Of a stretch of DNA of 64,000 bases, positions 18,130-26,987 are shown piece after piece. Below the pieces are notes generated by a model. It saw only the letters and a list, made by a program, of their open reading frames with translations, had not been told where the DNA came from and searched no databases. How positions within the stretch are numbered: the stretch's first letter is position 1; every line of letters starts with the position of its first letter. The stretch is from an uncultured bacterium. GTDB lineage: Bacteria > Hydrothermota > Hydrothermia > UBA1063 > CAJXJZ01. The translations under genes were made by a program, and so were the position numbers. The stretch covers positions 6,664 to 70,663 of the forward strand of contig CAJXJZ010000003.1 in assembly GCA_913055745.1 (NCBI GenBank). The letters are read 5' to 3'.

Positions 18130-19176
18130 ATGTTGGAGGCTAAAGATATAAGAGAAATAACAGACAACAATGCAGAACTTGCAGCAGTGCTAAAACTTGG
18201 TGAGGCAATCGATATCAAAGAGTTTAGTGAAGAGAAGAGAAAAATAAAAATCGCCCTTCTATCAAGTGAAAGCGGAAAAGAACATCTTATACACTACATG
18301 ATAGGCAAGGAAAATATTACTATAAAGAGTTTTCCTGCATCAAGGGATAGTTTAAGTGAAATACTGAAATTCTATCCTGATATACTCATAGTGGATACCG
18401 ATACAGTCAGCGATGCACTTTTGAAGAACTTACTATACAACCTCCACCTTGCTTACGACTATACTCCGATTATATTGGCAGGGCGAAATAAGCAGAGGCT
18501 TTACCACTTCTGGCAGTACGGTGTATTTGATATCATAGACCTAAATCTTCAAGATAAAAAGGCAGACAATATTATAGATACTGCCATACGTCTTAAAAAT
18601 ACCCTAACGGTCAATTTTGAAGAAAACATGCTTGATTACCTCGCACGCATCTCTGACGCCAAAAGCATTGAAGATGTCGGGCACTCCAAAAGAGTGGCAA
18701 TATATGCCCTTAACCTTGCAAGAGCGAGTGGAATAAATGATGAACAGTTTTTAAGAAACCTTTATCTCGGCGCAAAGTATCACGATATAGGTAAAATAGC
18801 CATCCCAGAAAGCATAACAAGAAAAAGAGGGGCTTTGTACAAAAATGAGTATGAAATAGTTAAACGCCATACTATCATAGGTTACTATATAGTAACGCAC
18901 TACGGTATGCTAAGTGAAGAGGTTGGGGAGATAGTGAAGCATCATCACGAATGGTTCAATGGAACAGGGTATCCAGATGAACTTAAGGGGAATGAAATAC
19001 CACTCGGGGCCAGGATTGTAGCCATCGCGGATGCCTTTGATGCAATAACAAGCACAAGGCCTTATAGGGAGAAGAAAACTTTTGATTACGCCATTAATGA
19101 ACTTCTGAAGTTTAAAGGCATACAATTTGATCCTGATCTTGTAGATAACTTTGTAAGGCTTATAACGATGTCATAA
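18130..19176 (+). CDS. HD-GYP cyclic dinucleotide phosphodiesterase with atypical receiver-like N-terminus
   Basis: GHSKRV, YHDIGK, HT..G, HHHEWFNGTGYPDELKG, IVAIADAFDA, RPY, GIQFDP. Confidence 0.88.
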   Translation: MLEAKDIREITDNNAELAAVLKLGEAIDIKEFSEEKRKIKIALLSSESGKEHLIHYMIGKENITIKSFPASRDSLSEILKFYPDILIVDTDTVSDALLKNLLYNLHLAYDYTPIILAGRNKQRLYHFWQYGVFDIIDLNLQDKKADNIIDTAIRLKNTLTVNFEENMLDYLARISDAKSIEDVGHSKRVAIYALNLARASGINDEQFLRNLYLGAKYHDIGKIAIPESITRKRGALYKNEYEIVKRHTIIGYYIVTHYGMLSEEVGEIVKHHHEWFNGTGYPDELKGNEIPLGARIVAIADAFDAITSTRPYREKKTFDYAINELLKFKGIQFDPDLVDNFVRLITMS

Positions 19177-20997
19177 AAGATGAATGAGCTGGCGAAGTTT
19201 TTTGCATGATACTTTACCAAATCTTACGGCATAATATTCTTTTACAAATTGTAGGGCTATTTTATCATTACTTCTTAAGGCAAACTCCATTAAAGTCTCA
19301 CCTTTTTTCATAGAAAACCCGTTTTTCTTCATATATCGCAGGAATTTTTTAATTGCCTTCTTTGGAAAAGGTACAAAAAATACATTGTAAATGAAATATG
19401 CCATTATAATGGCAAAAGCAATACCCAAAAGAAGATAAATGAATAACCTTTTTATACTATTACTTCTAAGCCTTTGGAAATACGGCATTACTTTTAATGC
19501 CATATGCATCTGATCCCTGTAACTATACTCAACTATACGGGTAAACCACAGATACTGGAGAAAATCATAGTATTCTCTTAAATGAGATATAAATTTCTTT
19601 TTCTTATTTATGGGTGGTGTTGGATCGTACCTTATCCATCTTCCATTCTTGAACACCTCTGCCCAGGCATGGGCATGCCTTTCCCTTACAACAAAATATC
19701 CACCCATGGCATTGTACTCATCCGACAAAAAACCTGCGACCATTCTTGCCCTATATCCAAGAAGGCGTGCAAGAAGAACAAACGAAGTCGCAAACTCTGT
19801 ACATTCCCCGCTCCTTTGGTATTTTAAGAATTCCAGGATAGGTAATATCGTATCATGCAAAGGAGTAAACCTACCGTATGAATGATTTTTTCTCAAATAC
19901 CGTATGAGTGAGAAGAGCGTATCATCTGAAATCTTTATTCTTTTAGTTATGTTTTTTAGTTGATTACGAATGTTTTTGGGAACATAAAGGTATTGTGATG
20001 TCACTGTAGTATCAAGGGACATAACAGGCCTTGAGGATGCAAACACCCTGTAGGACATCTTTTTTGGCCATTTTTCTATTTTTACTTCCATTAGATTTTT
20101 ATAAAGCACAAATTGCCCCCCTTCCCATGAAAGGAGCACAGGATAATCTACAAGTGGAATGTATGTAAATCTCAATGTGGGATAGATTATATACATTATA
20201 GAACTGGAATATGGATTCTTAGATATAAGGACCTTGTTTTTTAGGCCCTTACCCCATTTTTCCTCCTCTGTCCACTTCTCTCCATCAAAACGCATAAAAA
20301 CTCTTGAACGCAGGTATAAGGCATTGTGTCTCTTTTCCATGGGTTTTACCCGTAAAACTACCCTATTTGAAAGTTGCTCTTTGCTAAAACTCCCTATGCT
20401 CAGGTATTCAAAGTCTCCACCCACAGGTTTAGCATTTGCACCAAAAAACATGTATGGGTTCCTTGGTAGAAAGAAAAACAACATAAGGGAAAATAAGGTA
20501 ACGGACAATAAACTCGCAAGGATGTATCTTGTAGAATACTTGCTTGGTGTAATGTTTTTAGGAAGGTACCTTAAAAAGAGGTATAAGCCTAACAAAATGG
20601 AAAAAACTACAAATAGAAGGATATACCACATGGAATATAGGAAAACCGCAGACATGGAGAAGGTAAGAAAACTCAAAAGTGCTACATGGTCATAATCCTT
20701 TTCTTCAAAGGATACAAAGAGTTTTATGCATAATAGGCCCAAAAGATAGTATAATGCCATTACAAAAACATCCTGTAAGAAGAAAAGTGGGATAAAAACA
20801 AGGGTCATGAGCCCGGCTATTATATTCCCCTCATACTTTTTCAACACAATCTTTCCCTTTTTTCCAAGAAGATAACTCATAAATACCAAAAAAAGGAAAA
20901 GAACAATAGATACACCCCTTGCAAAAACACCAGATATAACAGCAACTGCACTCAATAGGTATGCTGTATTATAACGAAGTGGATTTGTTTTGTTCAT
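19171..20997 (-). CDS. TgpA-like membrane transglutaminase-domain protein (DUF3488 + transglutaminase)
   Basis: Multi-TM N-terminus, FFFLPR, catalytic triad GECTEFA / HAHAWAE / YDPTP. Confidence 0.85.
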   Translation of the reverse strand: MNKTNPLRYNTAYLLSAVAVISGVFARGVSIVLFLFLVFMSYLLGKKGKIVLKKYEGNIIAGLMTLVFIPLFFLQDVFVMALYYLLGLLCIKLFVSFEEKDYDHVALLSFLTFSMSAVFLYSMWYILLFVVFSILLGLYLFLRYLPKNITPSKYSTRYILASLLSVTLFSLMLFFFLPRNPYMFFGANAKPVGGDFEYLSIGSFSKEQLSNRVVLRVKPMEKRHNALYLRSRVFMRFDGEKWTEEEKWGKGLKNKVLISKNPYSSSIMYIIYPTLRFTYIPLVDYPVLLSWEGGQFVLYKNLMEVKIEKWPKKMSYRVFASSRPVMSLDTTVTSQYLYVPKNIRNQLKNITKRIKISDDTLFSLIRYLRKNHSYGRFTPLHDTILPILEFLKYQRSGECTEFATSFVLLARLLGYRARMVAGFLSDEYNAMGGYFVVRERHAHAWAEVFKNGRWIRYDPTPPINKKKKFISHLREYYDFLQYLWFTRIVEYSYRDQMHMALKVMPYFQRLRSNSIKRLFIYLLLGIAFAIIMAYFIYNVFFVPFPKKAIKKFLRYMKKNGFSMKKGETLMEFALRSNDKIALQFVKEYYAVRFGKVSCKKLRQLIHLL

Positions 20998-21872
20998 AAA
21001 AGCGCAAGTTTTCTTAAAATGCCCAGTTCATGCACACTACCAGTGGATGGAGCCACATAAAACCTGTTATCCACCAAAAGTCCTACACTTTTCCCTTTTT
21101 CTATTTCTCTATGGATTAAAGAGGCAACGATATCAATCTCATCATCATCAGGATGTTCTTTTAAATGGAAAACAACACTATCTTTTTCCATCGTAGAAAA
21201 CTTTTTTACCTGTAATTCCTTATAGGATTTTTTCCAATGAATATGATACAGACTTTCACCACTTCTATACCTTGCAAGTCCAAGGAACTCACCATCAACC
21301 CCCCTCTTTTCAACGCTGTTATCACCGAGTGCAAATTTTTGGTAATACCCATTTTTGTCAACCTTCCTATTTATATCTGGCAATACAAGAACATCCATAT
21401 TTAACCTCATCTCTCTTCCTCTCTTGGCAAAGCCAAATGGATAGAGGGAATAGACAGTGATGTTATCTATTTTCTGAATACCCCTTTTTTTGCCAACATA
21501 CGGAAGTTTGATTGTTATCTCATTATTTTTTATTTCTGGCACAAAAGTGCAGCCATCCTTAGTACAAAAATAGAGAGAAAAACCAGGGATCCTGCTTTTA
21601 GAGACTTTTATCAGTATATAGCCTTCTTTCCTCTTATAAATTATGTCTTGTGTTTCAGGGGCGACCTTGAGGAATAAAATATTCATAGTACTCAATATGC
21701 CAGAGGCAAAGAGCAGCACCAAAAGATAGGCAAGAATCATATAGAGAAGATTATTACCAGAATTTATTGTTGCTATACCAAAAAATAGGGTAAATACTGA
21801 AAAAAACTTGCCTAAGGATGTAATGTTTACCCTATCAAAGGGGCGGTTCAACAGAACTTTTAATCTCATCAA
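20994..21872 (-). CDS. DUF58 domain protein
   Basis: AT.NSGNNLLY, SLYPFGF, EFLGLARYRSGES.YHIHWK; lies between moxR and transglutaminase. Confidence 0.8.
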   Translation of the reverse strand: MMRLKVLLNRPFDRVNITSLGKFFSVFTLFFGIATINSGNNLLYMILAYLLVLLFASGILSTMNILFLKVAPETQDIIYKRKEGYILIKVSKSRIPGFSLYFCTKDGCTFVPEIKNNEITIKLPYVGKKRGIQKIDNITVYSLYPFGFAKRGREMRLNMDVLVLPDINRKVDKNGYYQKFALGDNSVEKRGVDGEFLGLARYRSGESLYHIHWKKSYKELQVKKFSTMEKDSVVFHLKEHPDDDEIDIVASLIHREIEKGKSVGLLVDNRFYVAPSTGSVHELGILRKLALL

Positions 21873-22761
21873 GCAATTTTTCTCTATCCTGCAATATCAT
21901 CTGTAAGCCAATACGATGGATAACAAGGGGCTTAAAAGAGGCCTTTACATCGTCTGGAACAACATAATCCCTTCCCTCTATATACGCAATGGATTTTGCA
22001 ATCTCTACAAGATGCAATAAAGCACGTGTTGAGAGTTCGGAAGAAAACACAGGATGGGATCTTACAGCACGACCCAAAGCAAGGATATAGTCCTCAATAT
22101 CTCTTGAAACTTTCACTTTTTTTGCTTCATCTATCATCTTAAATAGTTCTTCTTTATTAAAAACAGGAGAAAGGCTATCTATCTTTTTTCTAATATCACC
22201 TTCTCTCAATAGTTGCCTCTCTATTTCCTCAGGAACACGGTTTATCTGTATCCTGAGCATGAACCTATCTAATTGTGAAGCAGGTAGAGGGAATGTGCCA
22301 TAGGATTCTACAGGATTCTGCGTTGCTATTACAAAAAACAATGGACTTAAAGGGTATGTGTGTCCTTCAACAGTTACATGCCTTTCTTCCATTGCCTCTA
22401 ATAGTGCACTTTGCGTCCTGGGATTCATCCTATTTATCTCATCCACCAATAGCACATCACAAAATACAGGACCTTTTAAGAACACCATTTCACCATTTTC
22501 ACCTTGTGGTATAAATGCGCCTATGATATCAGCAGGAAGCATATCGCTTGTACCTTGAATCCTTTTAAATTCAAGGCCCAAAAGCTTTGCAAAGGCAAGT
22601 GAAAGGGTTGTCTTCCCCATCCCTGGCAATCCCTCCAAAAGCACATGTCCCCTTGAGAGGAATGCAGCAAAGAGGAGTTTTATATTGCCCTCATGTCCCT
22701 TTATTACTTTTGAAATAGATTTAAAAAAAAGCTCTATCTTAGATTTATACACAGTTCTCAC
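21835..22761 (-). CDS. moxR: MoxR-family AAA+ ATPase
   Basis: GHVLLEGLPGMGKT, DEINR..P.TQSALLEAMEE, ATQNP.E..GTFPLP..QLDRF. Confidence 0.92.
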   Translation of the reverse strand: MRTVYKSKIELFFKSISKVIKGHEGNIKLLFAAFLSRGHVLLEGLPGMGKTTLSLAFAKLLGLEFKRIQGTSDMLPADIIGAFIPQGENGEMVFLKGPVFCDVLLVDEINRMNPRTQSALLEAMEERHVTVEGHTYPLSPLFFVIATQNPVESYGTFPLPASQLDRFMLRIQINRVPEEIERQLLREGDIRKKIDSLSPVFNKEELFKMIDEAKKVKVSRDIEDYILALGRAVRSHPVFSSELSTRALLHLVEIAKSIAYIEGRDYVVPDDVKASFKPLVIHRIGLQMILQDREKLLDEIKSSVEPPL

Positions 22762-23714
22762 TGCTTTATGAGAACAGTTCTATTCCCACCTTCCTCTTTT
22801 GCCTCTTTTATTCCTTCAAGTAATTTTTCAACGAGTGCATCAGGCTCTAAATAAACAGTGGGATAGCAAATTGCAGAAACTGATACAGTTATATTGAGAC
22901 GAGGTCCAAACTCAATCTCAAAAGTACCAGACATAACGCGCAATCTAAACCCCTCTGCAACCTGATAGATATTCTGCATGCCCGTTTCTGGCAAAATAAC
23001 AGCAAATTCATCGCCCCCAAACCTGGCAACTATATCTGTTCTTCTAAAATGACTTCTTGCAAGTTCCGCAAACTTGCGAAGGAGCATATCGCAGGTTCTG
23101 TGACCATAAGTTTCATTTACTTTTTTCAAATCGTCAATATCAATCAGCATAAGAGAGAACTTTCTTGAGTACCTCTTTGCCCTTTTAAACTCCTCATCCA
23201 ACCTCTGCCAGAAATAAGTGGAAGAAGGGAGATTCGTAAGTTTATCCAAAAGTGCACTATCTGATAATTCTAATTCTTTTAGGCGATATGCTACAATAAG
23301 ACCCAAAAAAGGCAAAATCTCTTCTATCTTTACTTTAAGTTCCTCTACTTTATCATGGGAATAAAAGACCATATACATAATACCTATAACTCTACCGGAA
23401 AAAACAATGGGTACAACCTCTATACCTTTTACACCATCATCAATAATATCACTATGACTAAAAATATCTTTTTTAAAATTTGCAATAAAAAGAGGCTTAT
23501 CATAAGAAAGATAATAGGCAGAGAGTACATCCCTTTTTTCTTCAAGTACTGGGCCTTTGCCCTCACTATCATATATGGTTTTAAAAATCTCACTTTCTTC
23601 ATGAACAGGGACCCTTAAAATGAGCCGCCTTGCCCCAAAACTCTCCATGAGAAAGGTCATAATATCCCCAAAGTCGTACCTTTCTAATACCTTTTTACCC
23701 AAACCCTCTATCAT
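22758..23714 (-). CDS. GAF-like + GGDEF diguanylate cyclase
   Basis: D.LT.L, DIDDLK.VN..YGH, RRTD I-site, RFGGDEF. Start moved to ATG 23714 (GGAGG SD). Confidence 0.88.
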   Translation of the reverse strand: MIEGLGKKVLERYDFGDIMTFLMESFGARRLILRVPVHEESEIFKTIYDSEGKGPVLEEKRDVLSAYYLSYDKPLFIANFKKDIFSHSDIIDDGVKGIEVVPIVFSGRVIGIMYMVFYSHDKVEELKVKIEEILPFLGLIVAYRLKELELSDSALLDKLTNLPSSTYFWQRLDEEFKRAKRYSRKFSLMLIDIDDLKKVNETYGHRTCDMLLRKFAELARSHFRRTDIVARFGGDEFAVILPETGMQNIYQVAEGFRLRVMSGTFEIEFGPRLNITVSVSAICYPTVYLEPDALVEKLLEGIKEAKEEGGNRTVLIKQ

Positions 23715-23715
23715 A

Positions 23716-25143
23716 TTACCCCTCCTCCAAATACCTCTCAAGTAGTGCTTTTACCTCTTTGGGATTTGCTCTTCCCTTTGTTTTCTTCATGACAAGACCA
23801 ATAAGAGCTCCAAGCACTCCCTTTTTCCCACTTCTGTACTTTTGGACAAGGTCTTGACCCTCTGAAAGTACCTCTTTTATTACATCTTCAAGAACAAATT
23901 CTACTTCATCTTTACTGAATGCATCTATGAGTTGAGACAACTTCCCTTTGCCTTCAAGATACCTCTTTATTATTAGTATCATCTGATTCCTATTGATCTT
24001 ACCTTCAGATTTTAAGTTCAAAAGTCTTCCAAACTCTTCTGGTTTTAATGGAAGATGCTCAAAATCATAATCCGTTTTCCTTACAATACCTGAAAGTTCA
24101 TTTATAAGAACCTTTGCCACATCATGGGGTCTATTAAACACAGAAACCACGTGGTCAAAATAATCAGCCAAATGTCTATCCCTCATTATTGTTAAAATAT
24201 CTGATTCAGATATTCCCATCTTGCGATATCTTCTTTCTCTTTCTTCAGGCATTTCAGGAAGATTGCTTTCAACTTCTTTTATAAAATCTGAAGTTAATAC
24301 AAGTTCTGGAAGATCTGGCTCTGGGAAAAACCGATAGTCATGAGAGGCCTCTTTTTTCCTCATACTTCTAGTCTCTTTTTTAAATTCATCAAAGAGGCGT
24401 GTTTCCATTTCTATCGGAATACCTTTTTGAATACAATCTATGTGTCTTTTAAACTCAACCTCAAGGCCATCCTCAACTGCCCTTATGGAATTTAGGTTTT
24501 TGAGTTCAACCCTTACACCGTATTCTTTATCTCCTTTTCTTCTAACTGAGATATTGGCATCCACCCTCATTTCTCCCTTCTCCATATCACATCCAGATGC
24601 GCCAATGTATGAAACCATATTCCTTAGTTTTTCAAGGAACAACCTCGCCTCCTTAGGTGAGCGGATATCAGGATAGGTGGTAACCTCCAAAAGTGGAATC
24701 CCACTCCTATTATAATCAAGCAATACATCACCCGTCTTGACATGTATAGATCGGGCTGCCTCTTCTTCAATATTCATTCTTTCTATACGAATACGCCTTT
24801 TTATGCCAGAAGTTTCTATATCTACATAACCATCTGTCCCAAGTGATGCCTCATATTGGGTGATCTGGTATCCCTTTGGCAAATCAGGATAAAAATAGTT
24901 TTTTCTATAAAACCTTGAATGATGATGGATTTTACCGTTTAATATCTTTATTATTGCAATGCCCTTTTTTATCGCCTCCATGTTCAATGAAGGAAGGGCT
25001 CCTGGCAAACCCAGACACACAGGACAGACATTGGTATTAGGAACTGCGTCATGCTCTGACTTGCATCTACAAAAGAGTTTTGTCCTGGTATTCAGTTGAA
25101 AATGTATTTCAAGCCCTATAACAGGCTCAAACATATCACTCAT
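23716..25143 (-). CDS. gatB: Asp/Glu-tRNA amidotransferase subunit B
   Basis: VIGLEIH.QL.T.TKLFC, RKNYFYPDLPKGYQITQ, DYNRSGIPLLE, R.DANIS, YRFFPEPDL. Confidence 0.96.
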   Translation of the reverse strand: MSDMFEPVIGLEIHFQLNTRTKLFCRCKSEHDAVPNTNVCPVCLGLPGALPSLNMEAIKKGIAIIKILNGKIHHHSRFYRKNYFYPDLPKGYQITQYEASLGTDGYVDIETSGIKRRIRIERMNIEEEAARSIHVKTGDVLLDYNRSGIPLLEVTTYPDIRSPKEARLFLEKLRNMVSYIGASGCDMEKGEMRVDANISVRRKGDKEYGVRVELKNLNSIRAVEDGLEVEFKRHIDCIQKGIPIEMETRLFDEFKKETRSMRKKEASHDYRFFPEPDLPELVLTSDFIKEVESNLPEMPEERERRYRKMGISESDILTIMRDRHLADYFDHVVSVFNRPHDVAKVLINELSGIVRKTDYDFEHLPLKPEEFGRLLNLKSEGKINRNQMILIIKRYLEGKGKLSQLIDAFSKDEVEFVLEDVIKEVLSEGQDLVQKYRSGKKGVLGALIGLVMKKTKGRANPKEVKALLERYLEEG

Positions 25144-25907
25144 AATCCAGTATCCTCCCCAACAAATACATATTCAATGCCAAATTTTTCCTTTAGATGC
25201 TCTCCAAGGAGCCTGACTCCTACTGTCTCTGACCTATAGTGTCCCAAAAGTATGACATTACACTCCATATCCTTTGCGTTGGTATAATATGCATGCGAGG
25301 TCTCACCTGTTATGAAAAGGTCCATACCTTCTCTCTTCACCTGGTCAAGTATGGAAAGGCAACCACCTGAGCAGTATACACCAAAGTCTACCTCTTCTCT
25401 ACCAAAATGCCATACATCCTTGGGCTTAAATAATCTTTGAGATATAATATTTACAAGTTCACCTATTGTACTTATACCATCTTTCACCTTGAATTTCAAC
25501 CCTATAGGAATGCCATGATAATCACCAAAGGGCTCTATTGCATCAAAACCGAGTATTTTTATGGCACCATAATTATTTCCAACCTCATTATGTATATCAA
25601 GGGGAAGATGGGCAACATACAAAGCCATATCAGCATCAAACAAATACTTCAACCTTTTTCTAAGCCATAGATCAATATATAGAGGCGAACCCCAGTAAAA
25701 GCCATGGTGGACTATGAGTAGATCTACCCCCTTGTCCTTTGCCTCTTTTATTGCATCAAGACTTGCATCTGTGGCAACACCGATCATACCAACAGTTTCC
25801 CTTTCATTATCCACAACAAGACCATTTAAGGATATATCCCTAATTTCCTTAATTCTAAGGTATGCATTCAAATAATCAACAATCTCTCTTTTTCTAACCT
25901 TACCCAT
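25140..25907 (-). CDS. Nif3-like dinuclear metal center protein (YbgI family)
   Basis: D...NGL.V, DLLIVHHG, HLPLD.H..VGNN, FITGE..H, GHY.SET.G. Confidence 0.9.
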   Translation of the reverse strand: MGKVRKREIVDYLNAYLRIKEIRDISLNGLVVDNERETVGMIGVATDASLDAIKEAKDKGVDLLIVHHGFYWGSPLYIDLWLRKRLKYLFDADMALYVAHLPLDIHNEVGNNYGAIKILGFDAIEPFGDYHGIPIGLKFKVKDGISTIGELVNIISQRLFKPKDVWHFGREEVDFGVYCSGGCLSILDQVKREGMDLFITGETSHAYYTNAKDMECNVILLGHYRSETVGVRLLGEHLKEKFGIEYVFVGEDTGL

Positions 25908-25918
25908 TACTTCCCTTT

Positions 25919-25992
25919 CGCGCCCGGAGGGAATTGAACCCCCAGCCCCGAGATCCGGAATCTCGTGCTCTATCCTTTTGAGCTACGGGCGC
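25919..25992 (-). tRNA. tRNA-Arg(CCG), CCA not encoded
   Basis: GCGCCCG/CGGGCGC acceptor stem, CGAGA-TT-CCG-GA-TCTCG anticodon arm, GGTTCAATTCC T-arm. Confidence 0.95.
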
Positions 25993-25997
25993 AAAAA

Positions 25998-26501
25998 TCA
26001 CCGAAGTTCTATATGTTCAATGCTGAATGTACCATTATCAAGTGTTAGCAAACCAAAGGTATTTCTTCTTGCAAAGATCCTATCTGTTGGACTACCTGGA
26101 TTAAACATCAATGTATTATTGATGTATTTTTTTAAAGGTATGTGGGAGTGTCCGAATATTATGATATCCGGTAAGTCATCACGAAATTTTTTAATCACCC
26201 TATTTTCTATCCCAATAGGTGCCCCTATGCCGTGATAAACGCCAATTTTTACCCCTTCTTTTTCAACTATCAACTTCTCTGGAAGTTCTTTAAATAGGTC
26301 TTCATCATCCATATTTCCCCATACTGCATATACCCTATCCTTTCCTCCTGCTCTTGCGCAGAGTTCCAGGTAAAAATCGTAAGAGGAGAAATCACCTGCA
26401 TGAATCACACCATCACTTTGCTCTATATACCTCCATACCTCATCAGGCAAACCACTTGCCCGATGAGGTATATGGGTATCAGATAGTACAACCAGTTGCA
26501 T
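25998..26501 (-). CDS. YfcE/MJ0936-family metallophosphoesterase
   Basis: SDTH, HAGD, GNMD, HG, FGHSH, NPGS. Confidence 0.9.
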   Translation of the reverse strand: MQLVVLSDTHIPHRASGLPDEVWRYIEQSDGVIHAGDFSSYDFYLELCARAGGKDRVYAVWGNMDDEDLFKELPEKLIVEKEGVKIGVYHGIGAPIGIENRVIKKFRDDLPDIIIFGHSHIPLKKYINNTLMFNPGSPTDRIFARRNTFGLLTLDNGTFSIEHIELR

Positions 26502-26503
26502 AT

Positions 26504-26596
26504 CTATTTCTTCTTTTTATGCCTATCTCTTTTCCTTCTTTTCTTGAGTTTGTGTGTTTTTATCTTCTTTCTTTTTCTCTTTCTTCCACAAGGCAT
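26504..26596 (-). CDS. Small basic ribosomal protein, bS22/mS38 (AURKAIP1/COX24)-like, 30 aa
   Basis: Not in ORF track. My translation: MPCGRKRKRKKIKTHKLKKRRKRDRHKKKK*. ATG overlaps upstream stop (TAATG) and has an AGGAGG SD. Confidence 0.8.
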   Translation of the reverse strand: MPCGRKRKRKKIKTHKLKKRRKRDRHKKKK

Positions 26597-26874
26597 TACC
26601 TTTCCTCCTTAATAACTTTAAATAATTTAGAAGGTTTAAATGTTACAACCTTTCTCTTTGGAATCTCTACCTTCTCCCTTGTTCTCGGGTTCCTTCCTAT
26701 TCTTGGCTTACGTGTCTTTACCTCAAAAACCCCAAACCCTCTAAGATCAACCCTATCTTCATTTAAAAGGGCTTGTTTTATCTGATCAATAAACTCATTT
26801 ATTACCATATACACATCCTTCTTAGTAAGTCCCGTCTCCTCTGCAATTTTATTTACCAAATCCGCCTTCTTCAT
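26596..26874 (-). CDS. HU/IHF family DNA-binding protein (IHF-like)
   Basis: M.K..L, LRGFG.F, GRNPRT, FKPSK. Start moved to ATG 26874. Confidence 0.9.
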   Translation of the reverse strand: MKKADLVNKIAEETGLTKKDVYMVINEFIDQIKQALLNEDRVDLRGFGVFEVKTRKPRIGRNPRTREKVEIPKRKVVTFKPSKLFKVIKEER

Positions 26875-26908
26875 AAATCCTTCCTCCTTGCCTTTCAAAA
26901 GTGCTTAA

Positions 26909-26937
26909 ATTATAAGAACTTAATAAAGAACAGTCAA
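26909..26937 (-). promoter_or_regulatory. sigma70 promoter for IHF-like/bS22 operon
   Basis: TTGACT-17-TATAAT. Confidence 0.7.
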
Positions 26938-26951
26938 GACAAGTAGCCAAG

Positions 26952-26987
26952 ATGTATAAACTTAAATGTCGTGTTTTGTTTATACAT
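26952..26987. repeat. 10-bp inverted repeat with 16-nt spacer in divergent promoter region
   Basis: ATGTATAAAC(26952-61)...GTTTATACAT(26978-87). Confidence 0.6.

Noticed and set aside
25807-25815. Perfect DnaA box TTATCCACA (another at 47227-47235)
   Set aside because: Single copies inside coding sequences with no cluster or adjacent unwinding region; not an oriC.
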